Shown one piece after another: positions 39,520-54,003 of a stretch of 64,000 bases of DNA (its first letter is position 1; every line of letters starts with the position of its first letter). The position numbers were made by a program, and so were the translations under genes. Location of the stretch: contig OZ024741.1 in NCBI GenBank assembly GCA_964016885.1, positions 54,994,001-55,058,000 of the forward strand. Reading direction: 5' to 3'. The DNA comes from Eledone cirrhosa. Taxonomy: Eukaryota. Below the pieces are notes generated by a model that had not been told where the DNA came from, ran no database searches, and saw only the letters and a list, made by a program, of their open reading frames with translations.

Positions 39520-42500
39520 ATATTTATTAAAATAACAGATTAAAGTTTAAGCAAAGAATCGCTGCTTTCACCCTTAACGGGATCTTCTGAAACTAACAAA
39601 GTCAATCTGTAAACGCAGAACTGGATATTTCAAAAAACGTTGCAACCGGAGGAAGACAGGAAGACGATACTTTGGTTCGTGGAAACGTTCGCTGGCTAAG
39701 AACGGGAAAAAACGAATATAATACGTCATTAATAGGAGCGGTGAAAAACAATACGCGCAAAGACAGAACCACGTTTATGGTATAAAAGAGGTCGTAGACT
39801 AATGTTCTCTTAGGTGGTGCATAGAGACGTTCTCTGGCAATGAACGAAAAAAACGAAGATAATACGTCATATGTGGAGCGTGGAGAAGAATAGCACGCAA
39901 AGACAAAACCACGTAAATGGTATAGCAGAAGTCGTAGACTATATTCTAACTAGGAGACCGAATGAATCTCCGCTACGGAGTTAAGAACAAAGTAAATAAA
40001 TACAATACAGAAGTAATAGAAATAAATAAATACATACACGCAAACAAAAACGTACATACACAAGCATACGCAAAAACTTACCATAGGTAAACAAAACCAC
40101 GCACATATAAATATGTGTGTGTGTGTAAGCGTGTATACAAATAAATAAATAATTATATAAATGTATATAAATAAATAAATACGCATATAACAAGCGCACA
40201 CACATACCTACATGTAAATACACGAATGTTCGGAGACGTAAGTTAACCAAAACATGAAGTACACATATACACACGCCCTACATACGTACGAACCTGCATA
40301 CTCACACAGACGCAAAACTCCCGTATACACATAGCCGAACCATATGTACCAGAATATATAAAAAAAATTATACGCCATAACAATCAAATATACGTACGAG
40401 AAGGTATACGTACCTTCACAAAACTTACGGATAATATATACTTACCTATGCAAATAAGTAAAGGTATTAACAAAACATATACTTAGCTCCGACATCGAGA
40501 CGTAAAATATCCACGTATAGATCGTACTATCCGTTAGGGTATAACGTGGGGCTGTAATACAGGAAAGTGTTGTGCAATTTATGTTTACAAGCCGAAATTG
40601 CCTCAGATTTTTTGTTTAAGATGTGGTCTGTGGCGTAGAGTATTTCCAGGGCCTCAGCGGCGCAGAGGTCACATGGTCTTTTATTTCCGTTATACGATCT
40701 AGCCCTAGCTAGGATCTCCCAGTGTAACTTATATTGGATGTGGTTGTCTTTTAGACTCCAGATATAAGCTGAAAGTGACGTCATATTCCTTCTTAGAGGG
40801 TAACGAAAAGAATGGGTATGCATGTAAAGACGCTGCTTGAATCTATTGGCGGTTAACCCTATGTAGGCCCTACGGTACGTGGGTGTTACAACCTTACATT
40901 TGTAGACAATGTTACTAGAGAAGCATTTCCCGGATAGGGGGCAATCAATCCGATTCCTACAATTACAGTTAGTACTAACTACAGGGTTGCACGTGTTCCT
41001 ACGGCTAGGTAGTTTAGCTAAATTTGAAGCTGTGATGTTATGTGCAAGGTTAGGAGTCGTAGAGTAGGACATTTTAATAGTATTTCTATTAAAAAATTTT
41101 ACTATGTTTATGTGTAGGGGGAAAATGCTTCGTAATAAGGGAAAGAAAGATCTTAGCTAATGGTGTGGCCACCTCCATATTATATGGTGGGTTATACCAA
41201 CAAATGCGACGGGATCTATTTCTTCTAGGTCTATTTTCGTACTCTGTATATGCTACCTTATCGACAAATCCACTTCGAGCAAGAGCTTCATTGTAATAAG
41301 TGGAATGGTCGTTGAAAATACGCTCGTTGGTAGAAAGACGGGAAAGCCTCAACGAAACGTTTCTTACCAGGTTCTTGGTTATGCTGGCAGGATGGTTGGA
41401 ATGCTTACTTATGTAATCAAGCGTATCATTCGGCTTTCTATACGGGTAATACAACCCATTCAATAAGTTGAGGGTAACGTCGAGGTAATTAACGACCGAG
41501 AGATTGGCCTCAGCCTGTATAGAGAGGTTGAAGCCTTTAAAGAAGGCTGTGAGTTATTTTCTGAACCTGTCGCAAGCACGAGGTCCGCACTTAGTCATGG
41601 TCAAAAGACCATCGTCAGGGTATAGACCACTGCCCGCGTTGGGGAATTCGTCCTTGATAGAGAAAGGAAGGAAAAGGCCGATAAGATCAGTAACCTCCGC
41701 AGAATCACTGGCGCCTATACTCACGTCGAATTGGGTACTATTGGATTTTTTAATCCAAATAGAGTCGTCGAAATTAATCACCGACTTTCGGGCATTGAGG
41801 ATGACATCAACTTCGAAATCCTTAACCACTGTGGGTGTTTTAGCGAAATTGATAGCTCTAAGGAGAAGTGGTAAAGTGATGGAGGAGTAGTAATTGTTGA
41901 TGTCGAATTGGATAAAACGGCAATGTTCCTTGTTACATATGCCGTTGAACCAATCAATCACCGCGAAGGAATTGTTCCACAGTGCAAGAGGGGCCAAACT
42001 TCTAATTTCAGTATAATTCTATCAATCATCGTCTTATTAAGTCTACCTAAATCGGACTTCGTAGGGTTAATAAACCGAATAGAGGGGTTGTTCGGAAAAT
42101 TGGATTTGTGATCCTTCACGGTAAAGTGGGGAGAAATAGGGTCCAGAGGTTCGGTCCGGTCCAGGATGTTGATATCAGATGTGATTTTAAACTCAGCATT
42201 GTTGATTTCATTGATGACGCACCGATTAGTTTTACGGTAATCCTTAGTTACAGCATTATGTAGTAGTTGATGGTAAGTACTGTGCTCCACTTGATATAGG
42301 TTGCCAGTTTTGTCGGAATGGACGTGAACGGCATTAGAATCCCTAATAGAACGAATTCTATTCTTCAGGTCTTGCTGGAAGGAATTGCTCCTATTCCGAA
42401 ATTTGATACTCCGAATGAGTTCCAAGACATCATTTTCGAAGGGTAGCAATGCTGCGTTACACGGGGGGTTAATATAGGTTTTAAATCCAATGACTTTGTT

Positions 42501-42575
42501 AGTTTCAGAAGATCCCGTTAAGGGTGAAAGCAGCGATTCTTTGCTTAAACTTTAATCTGTTATTTTAATAAATAT
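39520..42575 (-). mobile_element. Penelope-like element, 5'-truncated with inverted terminal copy
   Basis: RT and GIY-YIG remnants. ~39520-39604 is the reverse complement of ~42491-42575. There is a diverged ~140-bp tandem repeat at 39684-39945, and (TA)n flanks. Confidence 0.92.
40527..42480 (-). pseudogene. Penelope RT plus GIY-YIG, frameshifted
   Basis: SDKTGNLY, KDHK..IRFINPTKSDLG, FIQFDINNYYSSI, GASDSAEVTDLIG, GLYPDDGL, NYLDVTL, CNC..CPLSGKC and IVYKC..YIGLT..FKQRLYMH. Confidence 0.92.
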
Positions 42576-42704
42576 ATATATATATAAGAGAAAACACAGG
42601 TAAGCATTAAGAGAAGGATTTTATCCAGGTATTTACGACCGTTTCATTGGGAAACTGGCTTTCTTAACCAAGAACTGGATCACAATAAGCAATTTTTTGC
42701 TTCT

Positions 42705-42745
<41 letters not shown>

Positions 42746-42785
42746 ATATATTAATAAATGGAAATTATATTTATAAAACAATAAT

Positions 42786-42851
42786 TATTTTATTATATAT
42801 ATTTCAAGGGCGACCAAGGTAAATTATGGTAAATTATCATCAGATAAAATA
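42786..42851 (-). ncRNA. Type I hammerhead motif (same family as 23645-23705)
   Basis: Minus strand TATTTTAT-CTGATGA-...-GAAA-TATATA-TA-ATAAAATA. Stem II is irregular. Flanks 42745-42915 are homologous to 23605-23765. Confidence 0.68.
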
Positions 42852-43065
42852 CAGATTTGTTTTATAAATAAATATTGACATACCCGGAAAAAAGACAACC
42901 TCAACGGTTGAAATTCGCTATATATACATAGTTTGAGGGAATGAGTCAGTGCGAGAGACAGATAGAGAAAATGAGAGAGAGAACTAGACCGTATGTAATA
43001 TTAAAATATATATATTTCCAATTCCAACCTGCCCGTCCCCTCAATCTATCGTATTTCTCATTCTT

Positions 43066-43101
43066 TCTTCTGATGAAGGACTAGCGTCTGAAACGTTAAG
43101 A
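43066..43101 (+). ncRNA. Minimal hammerhead motif
   Basis: TCTT-CTGATGA-aGGAC.tagc.GTCT-GAAA-CG-TT-AAGA, with palindromic AACGTT. Decayed homologues lie at ~10105-10180 and ~23355-23430. Confidence 0.65.
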
Positions 43102-43182
43102 CCCTCTTCCTGCTATATCAAGGGTTAACCTAATATATCCCTTCCATATACTGTACCGATTGTGTTGTTATTTCTGTTTACC

Positions 43183-43292
<110 letters not shown>

Positions 43293-43406
43293 TTACATAT
43301 ATGCAAGAAACATTTTGATCAATACAGAAAATCACAAAATATTTGCCAAAGCGTATACTAGACATGAGTTAATATTACCTACACAAAGTGTATCCAAGTC
43401 CTTGTG

Positions 43407-43757
43407 AAGATATAGAGATAGAAAAGGTAAAAGAAAAGCGAGAAAGTAAGCAATGGAGATATAGAGATAGAAAAGGTAAAAGAAAAGCGAGAAAGTAAGC
43501 AATGGAGATATAGAGATAGAAAAGGTAAAAGAAAAGCGAGAAAGTAAGCAATGAAGATATAGAGATAGAAAAGGTAAAAGAAAAGCGAGAAAGTAAGCAA
43601 TGGAGATATAGAGATAGAAAAGGTAAAAGAAAAGCGAGAAAGTAAGCAATGAAGATATAGAGATAGAAAAGGTAAAAGAAAAGCGAGAAAGTAAGTAATG
43701 GAGATATAGAGATAGAAAAGGCAAAAGAAAAGCGACAAAGTAAGCAATGAAGATAGA
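43407..43757. repeat. 49-bp minisatellite (~7 copies)
   Basis: Unit GAGATATAGAGATAGAAAAGGTAAAAGAAAAGCGAGAAAGTAAGCAATG. Confidence 0.95.
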
Positions 43758-43821
43758 TGAAGAGGATAAATACCGATAACGAAGGCCTTTACAGATAGAT
43801 CTCTTTCGAACCGATAAGAAA

Positions 43822-43995
43822 TAATTGTTTCTACTTTTGGCACAAGGCCAGCAATTACCCAGTGCATTACTGGTACTTTATTTTATCGACCCCGTAAGGA
43901 TGAAAGGCAAAGTTAACCTCGGTGGGATTTGAACTCAGAATGGCAAGGCGCGTAAATCTATGCGTCAAAGCATGGTGTCCGACCCTCTACCGATT
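43822..43995 (-). mobile_element. SINE copy
   Basis: Same B box and core as the other copies. Confidence 0.85.
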
Positions 43996-44257
43996 ATAAT
44001 GCTGATTACCAGTATTAGATAAAAGTCCTCATTAAGATGTTTAGCCCATCTTCAATAGACAACATCATATACAAACATAGCTCTTGCCATCAGCTAAGCA
44101 ATCAAATCACAAACTGGGAACGTGTATGTATACAGACGCTTAATTTGAAGGATACGTGCGGCCCAACAGGAATGCTAAAGATAGCTCCACATTAGGTCCA
44201 TAAGGCCACTACAGATCTATTTCAAGCAGACAAGAAATAATACCGATTACCATTATT

Positions 44258-44356
44258 AGGTTAACTTTGCCTTTCATCCTTACGGGGTCGATAAAATAAA
44301 GTACCAGTAATGCACTGGGTAATTGCTGGCCTTGTGTCAAAAGTAGAAACAATTAT
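44258..44356 (+). mobile_element. SINE, 5'-truncated
   Basis: Core plus 3' tail GTGTCAAAAGTAGAAACAATTATT. ATTATTAG occurs on both sides. Confidence 0.82.
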
Positions 44357-44435
44357 TAGATAAAAGGCATCAATAAGACGTTAAAGCTCATCTTCAGTAG
44401 GGAATATCTTAATATATACATATATACATACATAC

Positions 44436-44578
<143 letters not shown>

Positions 44579-44649
44579 TGTGTGTATACATTTTGACTTG
44601 GTGCAAATCAACTGTGGTATCGCATCATCAGATATAAGACATAACTACG

Positions 44650-47500
44650 AAGCATAGAATACCTTGAAAGTATTGAAAGTATTGGCATATTTCAAAGTAT
44701 CGGAAATTTTCCAGAGAAACAATTTATACACATTGTTGAAAATGCAACACCAGTGGGCCAACTTCCAGGATAATATCCGGTGAACTTGAAAGATGAATTG
44801 AAGAATGAATTAAACAAAATGGAACATATTGGTGTGATCGTATAAGTAAATATATTTGTATATATATGGCAAAACAATTGGAGAGCATAAGAATATGAGA
44901 AAGACACTGGATACGGCCAGAAGATATGGTCTAGTTGTCTACAAAGATAAGTGCAAAGTGAAACAGAAACAGATTAAATTTTATGGTTTTATCTGGCATG
45001 AAAATGGTTCTCATCCAAATCCAGGAAAATGTGACAAAATCAACTGTGAAGAACTTCAGCAATTTCTAGGTATGATCGAATATCTAAACTATTTCATACC
45101 AGAACTTCTAGGACAGCTCCACTGAGATCACTAATCAAGAAAGACACTGAATGGCAATGAAAGTACACATGAAAAAGCTTTTCAAAAACTGTACGATTCT
45201 GTTCATTATTATTTCAAACCTAGGGGGGTGGTTTGGCAGAATCGGTAGAGCCTCAGACACCAAGCTTTGCAGCATAGTTATAGGCCTTTGCGTTCTGAGT
45301 TCAAATCCGCCGAAGTTAACTTTGCCTTTCATCCTTACGAGGTCGATAAAATAAAGTACCAGTGATGCACTGGAGTAATTGCTGGCCTTGTGCCAAAAGT
45401 AGAAATTCTAACGGCGGAAGCTGGCAGTATCGGTAGAGGGTCGGACGCCATGCTTTTCAGCAAAGAGTTACGGCCCTTTATGGTCTGAGTTCAAATTACG
45501 CCGAGGTTAACTTTGCCTTTCATCCTGACGGGGTCGATAAAATAAAGTACCAGTAATACACTGGGATGATTGCTGGCCTTGTGCCAAAAGTAGAAAGAAT
45601 TATTATTTCAAACCTAATTTAAAGACTGATCCAAGAGGCCTTGATGCATCATTAATCAATGATACCAAAAGTGTTGCATTTACTAGCAAAAGATTGACTG
45701 ATACTGAGTCAAGATATGCAAACGTAGAAAGTGAGCTACATGCATTGTTTTTTGTTGTGAAACCTTTCATACATATGTGTATGGGAGATAATTCCAAATT
45801 GAGTCAGACCACAAACAAAAACAATGCACAAGCACCCCCAAGACTGCTAAGAACGTTGTTCAGACTTCAACCGTATGATGCACAAATCATGTACAAACCA
45901 GAAATAAGAGATCCATATTATTTATCAAGAATGCAACTAACTCAAGACAAAAAAATTGAATTAGATCTGACAATACAAGCTGTTGATATATCAGTACAGA
46001 AGCAAATAAAGCTACAAGAAGCTATAGAAAAAACTGGAGAATTGAAAATACTAAAACGAATAAGTGAATAAGTGGATGGTCAGAGACTTTGAAAGATGTA
46101 GCCAAGTAACTACTTGACATTGAAATAATGCCTACAAGACGGCTTAGTGACTAAAGGTGAATGCATAGTCAAACAAAAACTATGCAAAACAATGTTTTTC
46201 AAATTATTCATGATGCACATCAAGGAATTGAAAAATATCAACTCAAAGCAAGCACAGTGTTTAAGACATTGAAACATAGCAAGGCTATGAATATTACGTT
46301 GTCGTAGTGGCACAGCTTGCGTGCTCCAATGATCCCAAGAGTTATGCTGGTTGGTGTTCATCTCCCGGTACAGCCACCCATGCCAGACAGGAACCAGACT
46401 AAAATAATAATCCTAGAAGAGTAAACCTCAATGATAAAAAAAAACCCTAGCCAGTGTCACGGTGAAGCCATGGAAAACAGCATAATGGATGTGTTTGTTT
46501 CGGCGAATGAGCTGCTATCTATCAACTGTTAAACACACAGGACACTGAACGGAAGAACTTACAAAATCGATGGCCAGGGCCACCCATTTCAGTAAGGCAG
46601 CTACTGCTACATCTATAGATGTGGCGTCTGTAGATGGAATATACAGCTAACGATAGAAATTTACGATCATTTCTGACATCAGATGCTTAAACCACATCGC
46701 CAATCAGATGAGTCAACAAGGGTAGCGTTTTACTGAGGTGGTAACTTCGGTCACAGTATTTGGAAAGTCAAGGCCATGTATAATATGTATTGAGCACCAA
46801 AGAAAAAATACCAAAGAGACAACGATAATCAAAGTATACCTAACTAGACCATTCCAAAAGGGTGCAGCTGACATTTTTTTTTTACTTCAACATTCAACAA
46901 GTCTTCTTCGCTGCTGATCAATACAGCTAGTGTCACTAGCTCAAGCTGCATCGGATATTTCAAAGCAATCCCCGCCGTTCGTTGTATTCCTGAACATCTG
47001 TAAACATAAAATTCCACATATTTCGTGTCAAATGAGTTCTACAATTTCGCCACAAAGTGATTTCATAGAAAGAATGGTCCAGACAGTGAGAGATTATTAA
47101 AAAAAGCAAAACAATCAAATATAGACTACCGTCTGGCTCTTTTAAGCCTAAGAGCAATCCTACCGAATACTCATTTGCCATTGCCAGCAGAGATCCTATT
47201 CAGTAAGAAACTAAGAAGAAGAATTCCAACTATGTTGAAAACTGACACCCCAAAAGACAATAAATCCGAGAATGGATGAATGTCAAAAGTAAGAAACAAC
47301 AGTACTGCAACAGAAATGTAAAAGACCTTCTTGAATTAGTTATAGGCATAAAAGAGTTTGTAATAATATATGGCAACCAGCAACAGTCATAGACAAATAC
47401 ACCGAACAACTTATCTACATCGTCAGAATGTACAGTGATGGAAGACCGCTCCGACGCAACATGCTACATTTGCAGGAGTTATACAATCAACCGAAACGGA
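44650..47500 (+). pseudogene. Heavily decayed Ty3/Gypsy LTR-retrotransposon pol (RT, RNase H, integrase remnants)
   Basis: ELNKMEHIGVI, KDKCKVKQKQIKFYG, LQQFLGMIEYL, TESRYANVESELHA, PPRLLRTLFRLQPYD and PTRPFQKGAADIF appear in Gypsy domain order. No LTRs were recognised. Confidence 0.8.
45223..45598 (+). mobile_element. Head-to-tail SINE dimer with an 18-bp TSD, inside the Gypsy pol
   Basis: Two monomers, each with A and B boxes. ATTATTATTTCAAACCTA occurs at 45205-45222 and 45599-45616. Confidence 0.88.
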
Positions 47501-47804
47501 TCACCTTCAGTTTACCAGCCTAACATCAGAGACGATAATCCATCAGTGTCAGTTTACAACGGTGCTGGCTCCATGGTGAACGTCAAACCCCTATCACAGC
47601 GTACTGGCTCACACTGTCACATGAGCACACAGACCAACCACCAGAGCCATCGTGCCACCCTGTGAGAAAAAGAAAGCTCTCAGCAAAAATTAAAGATATC
47701 GTATGGAGTATAGATACCTAATACATTGACTAATTCATAATTTCTAACATTTCATTTGGTCAGGGGTTGGATATAACGCGATGTTTTGATTTGATATTTC
47801 ATAA

Positions 47805-48190
47805 ATAATTGTTTCTACTTTTGGCTCAAGGCCAGCAATTTACCAGTGTATTACTGGTACTTTATTTTATCGACCCCGTAAGGATGAAAGGCAAAGTTAA
47901 CCTCGGCGGGATTTGAACTCAGAATGGCAAGGGACGTAACTCTATGCGTCAAAGCATGGCGTCCGACCCTCTACCGATACTGCCAATCCAAATGATTTCT
48001 AGTATCGGCACAAGGCTAGTAATTTTTTTTGGGGGGGGGAGTCGATTAAGTCGACAGCAGTACGTTACTAGTGCTTTATTTTATTGACCCCGTAAGGATG
48101 AAAGGTAAAGTTAACCTCGGTGGGATTTGAACTCAGACCGTAAAGGAACGTAACTCTATGCTGCAAAGCATGGTGTCCGACTCTCTACCA
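47805..48190 (-). mobile_element. Two tandem SINE copies
   Basis: Both carry GACCCCGTAAGGATGAAAGG..GTTAACCTCGG..GATTTGAACTCAG. Confidence 0.85.
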
Positions 48191-48728
48191 ATGTCCCCTT
48201 GTGTGTGCCTTAAAAATTGTCACGTGATTTAATATTTAAAAAAAGATTATTAACATGGCAAAATAAAGTAATAGATTTAAAATTCTACCTCATTTGTGTA
48301 AAACAACATGTCATCTTCCAACATCAGACAATCTACTGTAATAAGAGAAACAAGCAATGCTCGTTTATATTGTCTAATAGAAAATAACAGAGGATATTTC
48401 ATTATCTAATTATTTCATACACACACACAGACACACACACACACACGCACACACACAGACACACACACACACACACACACACATACACACACACAGACAC
48501 ACACACACTCATACACACACACACCCATACACACACCCAGACACACGCGCGCACATACACACACATACACACAGACATACACCCATACACACACACGTAG
48601 ACATTCTGTTTATCCCATACACACACACACTCTCTCTCTCTCTCACGCACACACAGACTCTCTCACACATATACAGTCCCTCTCTCTCTCTCTCTCACAC
48701 ACACACACTCATGCACCCACATTCTTCA

Positions 48729-48762
<34 letters not shown>

Positions 48763-49002
48763 ACACGCACATACATACACACACATACACACACATACAC
48801 ACACATACACATTCTGTCTATCTCATTCACACAGACTCTCTCACACATATATACTCTCCCTCCCTCACCCACAAACACATACTCCCTCTTTCTCTCACAC
48901 ACACTCACACAAACTCACACACGCACTCTCTCATTCTCATGCACCCATATTCTTCCTCTTTCTCTCTCTCTCTCTATATATATATATCTTTCTCTCTCTC
49001 TG

Positions 49003-49069
<67 letters not shown>

Positions 49070-49249
49070 CTCTGTCACATATTCACACATCCACATACCC
49101 ATATACATTCCAGTACGTACACTTGCACGTTCACACATTCCTTCCTACACCCACGCACACACATACACACATACGCACACACACATAACTATACACACAA
49201 CAATATATTGTTGGTGTTAAATATACGTTTATCTTGATAATTAGGATTA

Positions 49250-49795
49250 AGCAACAACAACCACAACACGCATAGCAACAGTAACAACAACAACAACAAC
49301 AGCAACACACATACCAACAGTAACAACAAAACTCATAGCAACAGCAATAACAAAACACATAGCAACAACAACAACAACAGCAACACACATACCAATAGTA
49401 ACAACAAAACTCATAGCAACAACAATAACAAAACACATAGCAACAACAACAACAACAACAACAGCAACACACATACCAACAGTAACAACAAAACTCATAG
49501 CAACAGCAATAACAAAACACATAGCAACAACAACAACAACAGCAACACACATACCAACAGTAACAACAAAACTCATAGCAACAGCAATAACAAAACACAT
49601 AGCAACAACAACAACAACAGCAACACACATACCAACAGTAACAACAAAACTCATAGCAACAGCAATAACAAAACACATAACAACAACAACAACACACATA
49701 GCAACAGTAATAACAAAACTCATAGCAACAGCAATAACAAAACACATAGCAACAACAACAACAACACACATAGCAACAGTAATAACAAAATACAT
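49250..49795. repeat. ~78-bp ACA-rich minisatellite
   Basis: Recurring ATACCAACAGTAACAACAAAACTCATAGCAACAGCAATAACAAAACACATAG. Confidence 0.9.
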
Positions 49796-50595
49796 ATCAA
49801 CAAAAATGGCAGAACCTCCCCCCCCCCCCCCATGACAGCAGTAGTAACAACATTAATAACAACAAACATTATGAACTGAAGCCACTAAATGTTACAAAAT
49901 TCACAACAACAACGACAACAACAACAATAACAACAACAACAACAACAACAACAACAACGAGAACTATCTGTAGCAACGACAACAAAAACAAAAACAGCAG
50001 AAATAAGTATTATCAGTAGCAACAATTATAATAGCAATTTCAAAAACAACAGTATTAAAAATAACAACTATAACTACAACAGTAGTAAAATTAACAACAA
50101 CAATAACAACAGTAATAAGCGTTATCAGTAGCAACAACAACAAAAACGACAACGGTAGCATACATAACAGTAATAACAACAATAATAACAATAATAACAA
50201 CAATAACAACTACAAAGGCGTCCATGTGTAAATTAGATGACACTAAAACACTCATCAAATAATGAAGCATAGCTCCGGGGTTAATTTTTCTCTTAAACAG
50301 ACATGTCCCAATGTTTGTCTTTTAAAATAAACATTTCATTTCATCTTGTCTCTCTCTATACATAATTTACCTTTCATCCCGCCTCCTACTTTCACTTTCC
50401 TTATCTTTCTTTGTTATTTATCTTTCATTCTCGTCTTTTGAATCGTTTTCATTTTGGCTTTTTTGGTTTTGTTTTGTTTTGGGGTTTCTTTTTGCTTTCG
50501 TTTTGTATTTTTTTTTTTAGATTTGTTTTCATTCGTTAGCTTTCATCTATCACTTCTTGTTTGCCAACTGTCTTCCTATTCTCTCTATTATTTTG

Positions 50596-50772
<177 letters not shown>

Positions 50773-51049
50773 CATCTACTACTAGTCGTTTTCAACTTCT
50801 TATTCTTCAAATTTCTTGGTTTCTTAATCTCCTTTTCCAACTTATTCTTCCTTCATACTTTTTTTCTTCATTGTTATAATTATGATTTTCTCTTTCTTCT
50901 TTCGTCTTTATTCTGCTCCCAAAGAAACCCTTTATTCACATCATTTACAGTACTTATGCGGTTGTTTGTCATCGTCATTAACGTCATCATCGTCACCAAT
51001 AATATCCCCTTCATCATTGTCATCATTACCCCTATCACAATTCATATTA

Positions 51050-54003
51050 TCACCACTACCATCACCACCACCATCACCACCACCATCACCACTACCATCA
51101 CCACCACCATCACCACTACCATCACCACTAACATCACCACTACCATCAACACTACCATCACCACTACCATAACCACTACCATCAGCACTACCATCACCAC
51201 TACCATCACCACCACCATCACCACCACCATCACCACTACCATCACCACCACCATCATCACTACCATCACCACTACCATCACCACTACCATCACCACCACC
51301 ATCACCACTACCATCACCACTATCATCACTACCATCACCACTACCATCACTACTACCATCACCACTACCAGCACCACCACCATCACCCCTACCATCACCA
51401 CCACCATCACCACCACCATCACCACTACCATCACAACCACCATCACCACCACCATCACCACCACCATCACCACTACCATCACAACCACCATCACCACCAC
51501 CATCACCACTACTATCACCACTACCATCACCACTACCATCACAACTACCATCACCACTACTATCACCACTACCATCATCACTACCATCACCACTACCATC
51601 ACCACTACTATCACCACTACCATCACCACTACCATCACCACTAGCATCACCACTACCATCACCACTACTATCACCACTACCATCACAACTACCATCACCA
51701 CTACCATCACCACAACCATCACCACTACCATCACCACTACCATCACCACTACCATCACCACTACCATCACCACCCCATCACCACCATCATCACCACTACC
51801 ATCACCACTAGCATCACCACTACCATCACCACTACCATCACCACCACCATCACCACTACCATCACCACTACCATCACCACTACCATCACCACTACCATCA
51901 CCACCACTATCACCACTACCATCACCACTACCATCACCACTACCAGCACCACTACCATCACCACTACCATCACCACCACCATCAACACTACTATCACCAC
52001 TACCATAACTGCTACCATCACCACTACCATCACCACTACCATCACCACTACCATCACCACCACCATCACCGCTACCATCAGCACCACCATCACCACTACC
52101 ATCATCACTACCATCACCACTACCATCACCACTACCATCACAACTACCATCAACACTACCATCACCACCACCATCACCACTACCATTACTACCACCATCA
52201 CCACTACCATCACCACTACCATCACCACTACCATCACCACTACCATCACCAACACCATCACCACCACCATCACCACTACCATCACCACTACCATCACCAC
52301 TACCATCACCACCACCATCACCACCACCATCACCACTACCATCACCACTACCATCACCACTACCATCACCACCACCATTACCACTACCATCACCACTACC
52401 ATCACCACTACCATCACCACCACGATCACCACTACCATCACCACCATCATCACCACTACCATCACCACCACCATCACCACAACCATCACCACCACCATCA
52501 CCACCACCATCACCACTACCATCACCACCACCATCATCACTACCATCACCACTACCATCACCAGAACCATCACCACTACCATCACCACTACCATCACCAC
52601 TACCATCACCACTACCATCACCACCACCATCACCACCACCATCACCACTACCATCACCACTACCATCACCACTACCATCACCACCACCATCACCACCACC
52701 ATCACTACTACCATCACCACTACCATCACCACCACGATCACCACTACCATCACCACCATCATCACCACTACCATCACCACCACCATCACCACTACCATCA
52801 CCACTACCATCACCACTACCATCACCACCACCATCACCACTACCATCACCACCATCATCACCACTACCATCACCACCACCATCACCACAACCATCACCAC
52901 CATCATCACCACTACCATCACCACCACCATCACCACAACCATCACCACTACCATCACCACTACCGTCACCACTACCATCACCACTACCATCACCACCATC
53001 ATAACCTCTACCATCACCACTACCATCATCACTACTATCACCACTACCATCACCACTACCATCACCACTACCACCACAACTACAATCTCCACTACCATCA
53101 CCACTACCATCACCACTACCATCATCACTACCATCACCACTACCATCACCACTACCATCACCACTACCATCATCACTACCATCACCACTACCATCACCAC
53201 TACCACCACAACTACCATCTCCACTACCATCACCACTACCATCACCACTACCATCACCCTACCATCACCACTACCATCACCACTACCATCACCACTATCA
53301 TCACCACTACCATCACCACTAGCATCACCACTACCATCACCACTACCATCATCACTACCATCACCACTACCATCACCACTACCATCACCACTGCCATCAC
53401 CGCTACCATCACCACAACCATCACCACTACCATCACCGCTACCATCACCGCTACCATCACCACAACCATCACCACTACCATCACCACTACCATCATCACT
53501 ACCATCACCACTACCATCACCACAACCATCACCACTACCATCACCGCTACCATCACCGCTACCATCACCACAACCATCACCACTACCATCACCACTACCA
53601 TCATCACTACCATCACCACTACCATCACCACCACCATCACCACTACCATCACCACCACCATCACTACCACCATCACTACTACCATCACCACTACCATCAC
53701 CACTACCATCACCACTACCATCACCACTGCCATCACCACAACCATCACCACTACCATCACCGCTACCATCACCGCTACCATCACCACAACCATCACCACT
53801 ACCATCACCACTACCATCACCACTACCATCACCCTACCATCACCACTACCATCACCACTACCATCACCACTATCATTACCACTACCATCACCACCACCAT
53901 CACCACCACCATCACCACCACCATCACCACTACCATCACCACTACCATCACCACTACCATCACCACTACCATCACAACTACCATCACCACTACCATCTCC
54001 ACT
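51050..54003. repeat. 12-bp satellite (ACCACTACCATC)n, ~2.95 kb
   Basis: Direct reading. It translates as a TTTI/VVVM periodicity. Confidence 0.97.

Noticed and set aside
43407-43757. Regular repeat array considered as a possible CRISPR
   Set aside because: The units are contiguous with no unique spacers, there are no cas genes, and the context is eukaryotic.
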